From IMG/VR virus record IMGVR_UViG_3300043811_000078: a DNA stretch of 64,000 nt. One strand, 5' to 3'. How positions within the stretch are numbered: position 1 is the stretch's first letter; each line of letters begins with the position of its first letter. Source of the stretch: an uncultured virus (IMG/VR IMGVR_UViG_3300043811_000078). Lineage: Duplodnaviria; Heunggongvirae; Uroviricota; Caudoviricetes. Both the position numbers and the translations under genes were made by a program. Below, in pieces: positions 56,373 through 64,000 of the stretch. Under the pieces are notes generated by a model. It saw nothing but the letters and a program-made list of their open reading frames with translations. It had not been told where the DNA came from and did not search any database.

Positions 56373-57059
56373 ATGAGCGAACCACTCGCGCAACGCCAGT
56401 ATCCGTACGGAGTCCGGATCCTCTCGTACTGCCCGCTGTCGGCATGCTCGTGGCAGCACGAGGACGGCCCGCTGCCGGAAGGGTCCGGGGCGAGCGTCGA
56501 CGAGGCGGTCACGAGCATCCTGACGGAGCACTTCGCCGCCCTTGAAGAGATCGTTCAGGCTCACCTGGAAACCCACTCGCTGCTGGAATGGGTGCAAGAG
56601 GTGATGCGCCTTCGCGAGCACGCAGCAGGAGCCGTAACCGTCAGCCGGGACGACCTCGCGGCTGTCTACGGTTACGCACGGCATTTCGACGTCGGCAGCG
56701 ACACGTCGATGCTGCGGATCCGGTTCGCGCTGGGACTCCCCGGCCCAGGGATGATGGAGCGCATGTGCGAGACCGCTGAGTCATACACCTGCGCCAGCTG
56801 CGGAGGCGCGTTCACCAAGGGCCGGAGCGATGAGGAGGCGATGGCCGAGGCCAGGTCACTGCTGCCGGCCGATCAGCTCAGCGACCCGGGCGCACTCGCC
56901 GTCATATGCGATCCCTGCTGGCTGGGGATCATGGGACGCATGCAGATCGAAGCCCCGGAGATGCTCGCGCCCGGTGCCGCGCTGGTGCCCGGCGCGTGCT
57001 ACCGGACCAGCGGCGGCCTCCCTGTTCACGTCACGAGCGCCTGCCGGTGCCCGCGGTGA
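56373..57059 (+). CDS. Cys-rich hypothetical protein
   Basis: CPLSAC, CASC, ICDPC. Confidence 0.6.
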   Translation: MSEPLAQRQYPYGVRILSYCPLSACSWQHEDGPLPEGSGASVDEAVTSILTEHFAALEEIVQAHLETHSLLEWVQEVMRLREHAAGAVTVSRDDLAAVYGYARHFDVGSDTSMLRIRFALGLPGPGMMERMCETAESYTCASCGGAFTKGRSDEEAMAEARSLLPADQLSDPGALAVICDPCWLGIMGRMQIEAPEMLAPGAALVPGACYRTSGGLPVHVTSACRCPR

Positions 57060-57442
57060 GCGAGACCGGCATCCATGCCTGCGACCTTGAGCCGCCGCTG
57101 AGGCCCGGCGAGACGGGATACCCCCTCATCGCGCGCTTCACGCCGCTGAGCAAGCCCGGCACCGCATCGCCGCGGCCGCGCTACGTGCCCGGCCCGCTGC
57201 CCGCAGGCATGGCGCGGGTCGTGCTGAACGAGGACTACTACACGGGCCCCGGCTTCACCGACTACCATGCCGGGTCATCCGAGAGCCCCTGCCGCGTGTT
57301 CGACATCCCGCAGGAGCAGCGCGACCGGTGGCAGGCTGCCAGCGATGCTTACTACGCGATGCAGGAGGAGATCGAGGCGCTCACCGAGGACCGGTCCCGC
57401 AATCCCCTCCCGGTGCCGTCGCCAGGGCTGCCGCCGGTCTAG
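57056..57442 (+). CDS. Hypothetical protein
   Basis: GTGA overlap with the upstream gene. Confidence 0.5.
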   Translation: MSETGIHACDLEPPLRPGETGYPLIARFTPLSKPGTASPRPRYVPGPLPAGMARVVLNEDYYTGPGFTDYHAGSSESPCRVFDIPQEQRDRWQAASDAYYAMQEEIEALTEDRSRNPLPVPSPGLPPV

Positions 57443-57661
57443 CCGCTGTCGCCTGCCAGCCACGCGCCCGGGTCGGTGCACAGAACCAGCGTCACCTTTT
57501 CCGGCATCACCCCGGAGCGTTCCGGCCAGCTCCTGATGAACTCGCCGATCGCGGCCAGGTGCGAGTCGTCGGCGGCGGCAGCCCACGGGCCGTAGGTCTC
57601 CCCGCCGGGGCTCCCCGTCATCCCGCTCAACCTGGACGACGAGGAACCGCGCGCCCACCCG

Positions 57662-58096
57662 TCACCGCCCGAACAGGCTGAACGACACGCCGCTGAACAC
57701 CGGGGACGTCCCCGTCAGCACCCACCGGATCCGCCCGTTGTAAGTCAGGCTGTAGCCGTCGGAGATGTTGCCGTACACGGTGCCGGGGAAACCCAGCGTC
57801 GCACCCGAGATCGCGGTCGCGTTGCTGACCAGGCACCAGTTCCCGTACGCATCCTCGACATCGAAGAACACCGCCAGCTCCGGCGTCGTGCCCGACACGG
57901 CGGCGACGCCGACGACCAGCAGCCCGTTGGACACCGACGACACGTCGATCACGCCGCCGCCGGCCTGGCTGACCTGGTTCGTGATGTCCGCTGTCACCGT
58001 GTCGGAGCTGGCGGCAAGAGTCAGCTCGCAGGCACGGAACAGTTCCTGCGTGGCGGTGAAACCCGGCTCGGGAACACCGGCGCGGGCAGGGGGCAT
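57662..58096 (-). CDS. Virion structural protein
   Basis: RBS AAGGAGG; VSGTTP...RIRW. Confidence 0.7.
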   Translation of the reverse strand: MPPARAGVPEPGFTATQELFRACELTLAASSDTVTADITNQVSQAGGGVIDVSSVSNGLLVVGVAAVSGTTPELAVFFDVEDAYGNWCLVSNATAISGATLGFPGTVYGNISDGYSLTYNGRIRWVLTGTSPVFSGVSFSLFGR

Positions 58097-58124
58097 CGGT
58101 CCTCCTTGAAAACGGGGGCGTCCG

Positions 58125-58514
58125 CTAGCAGCCGATAGCCGTCTGCGTGGCGATCGCCGTGGTCGTCCCGGCCCACTTCACGTACCAGCCGGCCGGGAGG
58201 CGGAAGCTGATCAGCTGCCCTGCGGTCACGGACGAGCTGGGCAGGATCGTGTTCGCCGGCGTCGACGTGGGACCGATCGCGACCGTAGTCGCCGTCCCCG
58301 AGGTGGTGACGGCCAGGTAAACCATGTAATCCCGGGTCGTATCGCTGAGCTGCGCTGCGGTGCCGGCCGCGAAGGCGGGAGCAAGGACCGGCGCGGACCC
58401 GGCGGTGCTGGTGCCCGCGTTGAGGGACTGCACGCCGTTCAGCGTCTCGGGGTTGCCGGAGGACTCCGCCTGAAGGGGGCCGTTGTTGCCGCCGCCTACG
58501 ATTGCCGTGGGCAT
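58125..58514 (-). CDS. Virion structural/decoration protein
   Basis: RBS GGAGG; T/A/G-rich. Confidence 0.7.
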   Translation of the reverse strand: MPTAIVGGGNNGPLQAESSGNPETLNGVQSLNAGTSTAGSAPVLAPAFAAGTAAQLSDTTRDYMVYLAVTTSGTATTVAIGPTSTPANTILPSSSVTAGQLISFRLPAGWYVKWAGTTTAIATQTAIGC

Positions 58515-58571
58515 GATTGAACCTCCATGAGGTCAGCGCGGGCAAGCCCGCGCGGAGAGGGGAAACGGGGG

Positions 58572-59015
58572 CTAGCCGGCCTTGGGGGCCGGGGTCTTGC
58601 GCTTCGCGGCGGACCTCCCGGTGTCCCCGGCGTCATCTGAGGGGCCGCCCTCCGGGGCCTCCGCCGGCTGCTCCGGGGCTGCGGGGACGCTGGCGGCAGG
58701 CGAGCCGCCCTGGGCGAGCTGCATGGCGGCGAGCTGCGTCATGACCTCAGTGAGCTGCCGGGTCAGGGCCGCGTTGGTCTCCATGACCTCCAGCATCGAC
58801 GCCGGGTCACGGCGGCGGGCCATCTCCATGCCGTGCAGCCGGCCGGCCCGCTCCTCCTCGGTCTCCCACAGCTTGCGTCCCTTGACGCCGGTGGTGGCCA
58901 GCACGTCCGACACGTCGTCAGGGAAGGCGAACGAGCCGTCGTCCGGGTCGGCCTCGAAGTGGCCGTACCCGGGATCCTCGTGGGCGATCGCGCCGATCAG
59001 TGAGTACAGGCGCAT
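58572..59015 (-). CDS. Hypothetical protein downstream of the capsid gene
   Basis: RBS GAAGGAG; MRLYSL. Confidence 0.65.
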   Translation of the reverse strand: MRLYSLIGAIAHEDPGYGHFEADPDDGSFAFPDDVSDVLATTGVKGRKLWETEEERAGRLHGMEMARRRDPASMLEVMETNAALTRQLTEVMTQLAAMQLAQGGSPAASVPAAPEQPAEAPEGGPSDDAGDTGRSAAKRKTPAPKAG

Positions 59016-59375
59016 GGGCAATGGCTCCTTCGGGCATGGCGGAGGCCCGGGAGAATCAGCCTCCCGGGCCTTGATGGCGGGTCTTGGTCTTATGCCGCAG
59101 GATCGCGGCGGTACTTCCGCAGCCTCAGGTTCTCGCACCAGCCGCGCGCGAAGACCGGCTTGCGGCATGGCATGCCGTCCTCGATCATCGGGCACGGGTC
59201 GCCCTTACGGGCCAGGGTTCCTTCTGTAGCGTGGTCCACGCCTGTCTCTCCCGGTTAGGTCGGGGGTTTCGGGCTACGCCCGGTCAGCGGTGACACACTG
59301 GCCGGGCCGCTCCCATTCCTACCGAGATCCCACCGTAGTGAGTGGCATGGCATGTGGCGATTCACGTTTTCCCAG

Positions 59376-60869
59376 TTAGGCAACGCAGCTGAGCGTTGCC
59401 ATGGCAACAGGGGCGCGATTGCAGAACGCGCTGACACTGCGAATTTCGAACTCGCGGCGCGGGCCGCCGCCCTTGACGCCCGCGACCCTCGAGATCCCGT
59501 AGTCGAACTGGGCGGTGTCGCGGAGGCAGCGCTGGGCGATGACGTTCTCGATTTCGGCCTGCGGGAACGGCACCCGGTCGGTGCGGCCGATGATGGTGCC
59601 CGGCGGCAGGCTGACGTGGACCTCGATCGGGACGGTGACGTTGGCGGAGGTGTTGATGATCTCCCCGACCCTGCCGCCGGCGGTGACCGAGATACGGCCT
59701 GCGGCGTCAGTGTTCAAGAAGGTGGTCGCCGACCCTGAGCCGACGATCAGGTTGGCGATTTCCTGTGCCTGCGCGGCGTTCATCATCAGTGCCGTCGGGG
59801 AGCACTTCACGCTGTTCCACAAGGTCAGGAAGATGTACTCGGCGATCTCGTTGACACTGCCGCCGGTGAGGGTGAGCGCGGCGCCGTTGAGCGAGGTCCA
59901 CACCGACGGGTTGGGGGTGGCGGTGCCGGGCTGCGCCCACTGGCCGGTGGCCGTGTAGTCGCCGCTGAGGCTGGCGAGGAACCCGTCGTAGTCCTTCGGG
60001 TTGCCGGAGCCGTTGTCGGCTGCCGCATTGTAGGTCGGGGTCCCGGCGGCGCCCTGCCACATCGTGGACAGGTCGGCGAGGCCCGGGAGCGCCTGTGCCT
60101 GGGTGATGACCTTGGTCATGGTGACCGTGTTGGTGGTCGTCGACGTGTAGTAGTACCAGGTCGTGCCGTTGCTGGACTGGAACCAGTCGTACAGGACGGC
60201 GCCGCGGATAGCGGCGGCGGAGGCGGTGAGGGAGTTGGCCGCCCCGGACCCGAACGTGGTGCTGTTGCTGTTGCCCTGGCTGTTGCCGGAGCCGTAGTAG
60301 TAGCCGCTGCCGGTCCTGGCCGCGACGCCGACGTACACCTGGACGGCGCCGATGGAGCCGCCGGAGCCGACCTGGGTGATCGACGGTGCCGCGGCGGCGG
60401 CGAGAGGGAAGGACTGCGCGCCGAGCTGCTTGCGGTCGTCCCCGATGAGGCACTGGTTCAGGGTCTGGAAAGTCGCCAGCGCGTAGGGGTCGGTGTACCC
60501 GCGGGCGAAGTCCACGGAGTCCTGCGTGACGTTCCCGGAGTAGCCGGTCGGCATGTACTTCGCCTGGAAGTCCTGCTCTTGGAACGTCGCCTCGTTCGCC
60601 GCGTAGTCGACGCCCATGGCGGGGTCGAGCTGGCTGGAGTTGACGTTCATCAAGCTACGCCAGACCGCGAACGGGTTGCCGTCTTCCGGTGTCTCCCGGG
60701 CGACCAGGTCGCGGAACGGGGTGACGACGGGGACGAGCGAGACCAGCGACGACAGGTCGTAGCCGTAGAAGCCGGACGACGCGTAGATCCCGGCCGCCGC
60801 GGCGGCCTTGGCGATCCTGTCGGCGCCCTCCAGGGTTTCCTGGGTGATTTCCTGCATTCCTGCGGTCAT
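59376..60869 (-). CDS. Major capsid protein
   Basis: 497 aa after the scaffold gene; LVPVVTPFR, YDG, PTALMMN, IEVHVSLPPGTI; RBS AAGGAGG. Confidence 0.8.
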   Translation of the reverse strand: MTAGMQEITQETLEGADRIAKAAAAAGIYASSGFYGYDLSSLVSLVPVVTPFRDLVARETPEDGNPFAVWRSLMNVNSSQLDPAMGVDYAANEATFQEQDFQAKYMPTGYSGNVTQDSVDFARGYTDPYALATFQTLNQCLIGDDRKQLGAQSFPLAAAAAPSITQVGSGGSIGAVQVYVGVAARTGSGYYYGSGNSQGNSNSTTFGSGAANSLTASAAAIRGAVLYDWFQSSNGTTWYYYTSTTTNTVTMTKVITQAQALPGLADLSTMWQGAAGTPTYNAAADNGSGNPKDYDGFLASLSGDYTATGQWAQPGTATPNPSVWTSLNGAALTLTGGSVNEIAEYIFLTLWNSVKCSPTALMMNAAQAQEIANLIVGSGSATTFLNTDAAGRISVTAGGRVGEIINTSANVTVPIEVHVSLPPGTIIGRTDRVPFPQAEIENVIAQRCLRDTAQFDYGISRVAGVKGGGPRREFEIRSVSAFCNRAPVAMATLSCVA

Positions 60870-60974
60870 CGGTGCCTCCTTCCGGGGGCATGCGAAAGCC
60901 CCCGCGGCGCGCTGGCCGTGAGGGCTCGGCTGATGCTGTTCGGGGGGGTGCCGGGCCGTCGGCGGCCCGGGCTG

Positions 60975-63260
60975 CTAGAGCTTGCGGGGGCCTGCGGCGT
61001 GGACCGCGGCGAGCGCCGCGGCCGCATCGCCCTGCATGCTCTTGGCGATCTGGTCCTGCCGGCGCGCGTCGGGGGCCTCGTACAGTTCCCGCTTGCGGGC
61101 CAGGGCCTTGGCCACGTCGACCTGCGAGGCGCCGCCGTGGTCCTGGCCGCGGAACTGAGGCGCGGGCGGCGGCGCTGCATCCCGGGGCGGTGTCGCGCCG
61201 TTGCTGAACACGCCGGGGACCGCGGGCTGCTCTTCCACGTTGGCGACGCGGGCCTTGAGGACTTCTATTTCCCTGGCCTGTGCGTCGCTGCCTGCGGTGA
61301 CCGCCTTGGTGACGGCCTCCAGGTACTGCGCCTGCTGGGCGGCGAACGCGGCCTGCGCGTCGGCGATGCCCTTCAGGATGTTCTCCATCGTTGCCTCCTC
61401 AGGGCTGCGTGCCGACTTGCCGACGGCACTGGCGGGGGTTCCCGCGTCGGCGGACGGCTGCGGCTCCATGTCGTCGGGGTCCGCGGCCTGGGCTGCGGGA
61501 TCGGGGGCGTCCTGCGTGTCCCCGGGGTCCGGTGCGCCGGCCCCGGCGACCGGCTGGATGGCGCTCGCGGGCACCACGCCGATGAGGTCGCCGTCCTGAT
61601 CGAACACGGCGGTCAGCGTGTCGCCGGAGCTGCCGCCGTCAGCCTTGGCGATGCTGGTGCGGATAACGTCCTGGCTGGTGATGCACTGGCGGCCGGCCCG
61701 GTCGTAGACCACGACCTGGAGCGCCGACTTGACGACCGTCCGGCCCGCGGCGTCACCGGGGAGCGCGGCCTGCGGGCCGTCGCCGGGGAGTGCCGCGTCA
61801 GGGCCCGTGGCTCGCGGCTGCCCCGTCCCGGTCGTCCCGCCCGCATTGACGGGGCCGGTGTTACGGGCCTGCTCTTCCGGCGCCGCGGCTGCGGCGCCTT
61901 CCTTCGCCACCGGCGCCGCCGGGGCCTCTCCTGCGGTCTTGGCTGCGGGCATCCCCGCCTCCTTCTGGGACTTGGCAACTGGGGCATCAGGCAGTGAGGC
62001 GAGAACTTTCTGCAGGGAGTCGACGGCACCGCGGATCGCGGCCTCGTTCGGCGCGGACAGGACACGGCCGGCCTTCTTGACTGCGGCGAACGTCTCGATG
62101 ACCTTCAGGTCGGCGGGCCGCACGAACCCGGCGGCCTTGGCGATGCCCTCCATCTCCATCGCCCCGCAGTCAGCCTCGGACTGCTCGCCGACGGCGTACG
62201 GGGCCAGGACGCTGATGGCGTAGTCGAGGGCGCAGCCCACGTCCTGCAGGTCCCAGGCGTTCTCCTGGTCGTCGGGGTCCGCGCTGGCCGCCTCGAGCAT
62301 TTCCCGCTCGGCGAGGAGCCCGATCGCGTACCCGGCCCTGGCCAGGATCGCGGTCCACTTGCAGGCGGTTGCGGCGTCGATGGCCTCCCATGCGGGGGAG
62401 CCGGGGTCGGTGGGGTCGCCGGGAACGTCCGGGTCATCCGGCGCGGCGAGCGGCACCGTCGGGTCCAGGCCGTCGATGCCGTCATCTAGCGGGGCGGCGT
62501 CGCCTGCGGCGTCCATCAGGTCCTTCGCGACGGCAGTCACGGGCGGCTCCTCTTCCTTGCTCACGGGCTGCTTGAGGCTGCCGTCGGCGTTCCAGTTACC
62601 CGGGATCTCGGAGGACTTGCCGAGGGCCTTCGCGCGCTTGATGACATGCCGCCTGATGGCGTCGTGGTCGGCACCGCCGCGACCGACCGCCTTGATAGCG
62701 TGATCAAGGTCGGCTTCATCCTTGACCGGGTAGGAGCCGTCATCCATGGCCTCGCCGGAGGCCGCCATCTTCCGCTTGTCGCCGGCGGAGTACTTGGCCT
62801 TCACGATCTGCTCGTACTCGGCGACCGCCTTGGCCACGTCGGCGCGGTGCTGCTCCGCGAGCTCGCCGGTGTCCGGGACGGCCTTCACGTAGGCGGTTGC
62901 GAGCCGGAAGCCGTCTGCGCCGCCGGCGCCCTCCCGGTCCCTCGCAGCGATCGCGGCCTTGTGGATGAACGAGGCGATGTCTCCCGGGGAGCCGGTCAGG
63001 GTGAGGCCGTTCGGGGTGACGAACCGCTCCCGCTCCCTGGTGGCAGTCGAGTCAGGCACGTAGCCTCCCGTGGTGGTGTCTTGAGGTCCGGACTTGCCGA
63101 TGAGGCTGCGCACGAACTCCGGCTCCAGCAGGCCGACGGAAGCGTCCTGCTTGGCGATGAGGAATCTCATGCCGTTCGCTGCTTTCCCGACGAGGTCCAC
63201 GCGGTCGGGGTGGAAGTCGACAAGCTCGGTGAAGTCGTCCTCGTCAGGCGCGATCGTCAC
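60975..63260 (-). CDS. Scaffold/maturation protein
   Basis: RVDLVGKAANG..FLIAK; AMDDGSYPV...RRHVIKRA; KAGRVLSAPNE. Confidence 0.75.
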   Translation of the reverse strand: MTIAPDEDDFTELVDFHPDRVDLVGKAANGMRFLIAKQDASVGLLEPEFVRSLIGKSGPQDTTTGGYVPDSTATRERERFVTPNGLTLTGSPGDIASFIHKAAIAARDREGAGGADGFRLATAYVKAVPDTGELAEQHRADVAKAVAEYEQIVKAKYSAGDKRKMAASGEAMDDGSYPVKDEADLDHAIKAVGRGGADHDAIRRHVIKRAKALGKSSEIPGNWNADGSLKQPVSKEEEPPVTAVAKDLMDAAGDAAPLDDGIDGLDPTVPLAAPDDPDVPGDPTDPGSPAWEAIDAATACKWTAILARAGYAIGLLAEREMLEAASADPDDQENAWDLQDVGCALDYAISVLAPYAVGEQSEADCGAMEMEGIAKAAGFVRPADLKVIETFAAVKKAGRVLSAPNEAAIRGAVDSLQKVLASLPDAPVAKSQKEAGMPAAKTAGEAPAAPVAKEGAAAAAPEEQARNTGPVNAGGTTGTGQPRATGPDAALPGDGPQAALPGDAAGRTVVKSALQVVVYDRAGRQCITSQDVIRTSIAKADGGSSGDTLTAVFDQDGDLIGVVPASAIQPVAGAGAPDPGDTQDAPDPAAQAADPDDMEPQPSADAGTPASAVGKSARSPEEATMENILKGIADAQAAFAAQQAQYLEAVTKAVTAGSDAQAREIEVLKARVANVEEQPAVPGVFSNGATPPRDAAPPPAPQFRGQDHGGASQVDVAKALARKRELYEAPDARRQDQIAKSMQGDAAAALAAVHAAGPRKL

Positions 63261-63754
63261 GCCGCCTCCCTCGTGATCACGGTGAGCGGGATGAGCGGGC
63301 GGCTTCCCTCGGGGCGCTCCGCGCGGGGGACATCGGCGAGATAGGAGCAGTGCGAGGGCAGGCTGGCTGCCCGTTCTGCGCATGGGGCGCCGCTATACCA
63401 CGGGTAGTTACGGCAGACGGGCGGCCGGGAGTCGTGCGCGCCGCACAATCCGGTCGCCGGGTCGAAGGCGTCACACTTGCATCCGCTGTCGCCGTCCGGG
63501 GTCCAGTGCGCGGCGATGAAGTCGGCGTCCTGCCGCCATGGGCCGGAAGGGTCGGTGCGCCCGATCGCTTTGTCCCGCTCGGCCGCGTCCCAGCCGTGGT
63601 CCAGCCACCATGCCCAGCCGTCGTCCGTGCGCGGGTCGGGGATGCCGGCGGCTTTCATTGCCGCGCCGGACCATGCCGAGACTGTCTCGTGCTCGGCGGC
63701 AGTGAACGGCACCGGGTCGCAGCAAGAGGCGCAGCGAGCGCAGCCGGCGGTCAC
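63257..63754 (-). CDS. YkgJ-like CxxCxxCC cysteine-cluster protein
   Basis: CARCASCC...C..FD....C..H..RP.VCRNYP. Confidence 0.8.
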   Translation of the reverse strand: MTAGCARCASCCDPVPFTAAEHETVSAWSGAAMKAAGIPDPRTDDGWAWWLDHGWDAAERDKAIGRTDPSGPWRQDADFIAAHWTPDGDSGCKCDAFDPATGLCGAHDSRPPVCRNYPWYSGAPCAERAASLPSHCSYLADVPRAERPEGSRPLIPLTVITREAA

Positions 63755-64000
63755 GCCGCCGTCCTGAACTTGCGCCGCCGCGCCACGCCCTGCGGTGACC
63801 AGCCTGTTACGAGCCCGCGCTGGTGCATGTCCCACGCCTTCGGGCTGAGGATGGCACCCAGGAGCCAGTCGCCGGGCTTGGCGACGATCCCGTCACCGAG
63901 ATCCCAGTCCGGGCCGCGGTAGATGTAGGACTCGACCACGGTCGCGAGGCCGTCCTCGTCGGTGCCGTCGAGATGGAACGCCCCGACGCGCGGGCCGTTG
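63751..64000 (-). CDS. XkdF-like phage protease (partial, runs off the window)
   Basis: VVESYI...KPGDWLLG...W...GLVTGWS. Confidence 0.8.
   Translation of the reverse strand, partial: NGPRVGAFHLDGTDEDGLATVVESYIYRGPDWDLGDGIVAKPGDWLLGAILSPKAWDMHQRGLVTGWSPQGVARRRKFRTAA

Overview
High-GC actinobacterial temperate phage (siphovirus-like). An attP core (3' half of tRNA-Thr(CGT) with arm-type repeats) lies next to the tyrosine integrase with phage-like genes on both sides, so this looks like the excised or free form. From 1 to 30 kb: early/accessory genes, the integration/immunity module, a surface-polysaccharide cassette (GT-C, GT2, GH26, Nudix), a G1 glutamic peptidase and host-type regulators (STAS protein, BldC). 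From 30.7 to 64 kb, mostly on the minus strand: lysis, tail and head genes with many opposite-strand inserts. The main discovery is a phage-borne hybrid CRISPR system. An 878-aa TnpB-derived effector (RuvC-III Asp replaced by Thr, two CCCH Zn modules, a split XRE-HTH-like insert, a retained omega-RNA-like 3' structure) is followed by a leader, a type I-E-like array (27 intact repeats, 28-bp repeat and 33-bp spacer) and type I-E cas1-cas2, with no Cascade, Cas3 or Cas6 in the window. About 3 kb downstream of cas2, a 28-bp duplication around a 33-bp insert breaks a small gene and looks like an ectopic Cas1-Cas2 spacer integration. Two tandem circularly permuted tRNA-like (YrlA-like) modules also lie nearby. 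All family assignments come from motif recognition by eye; no searches were run.
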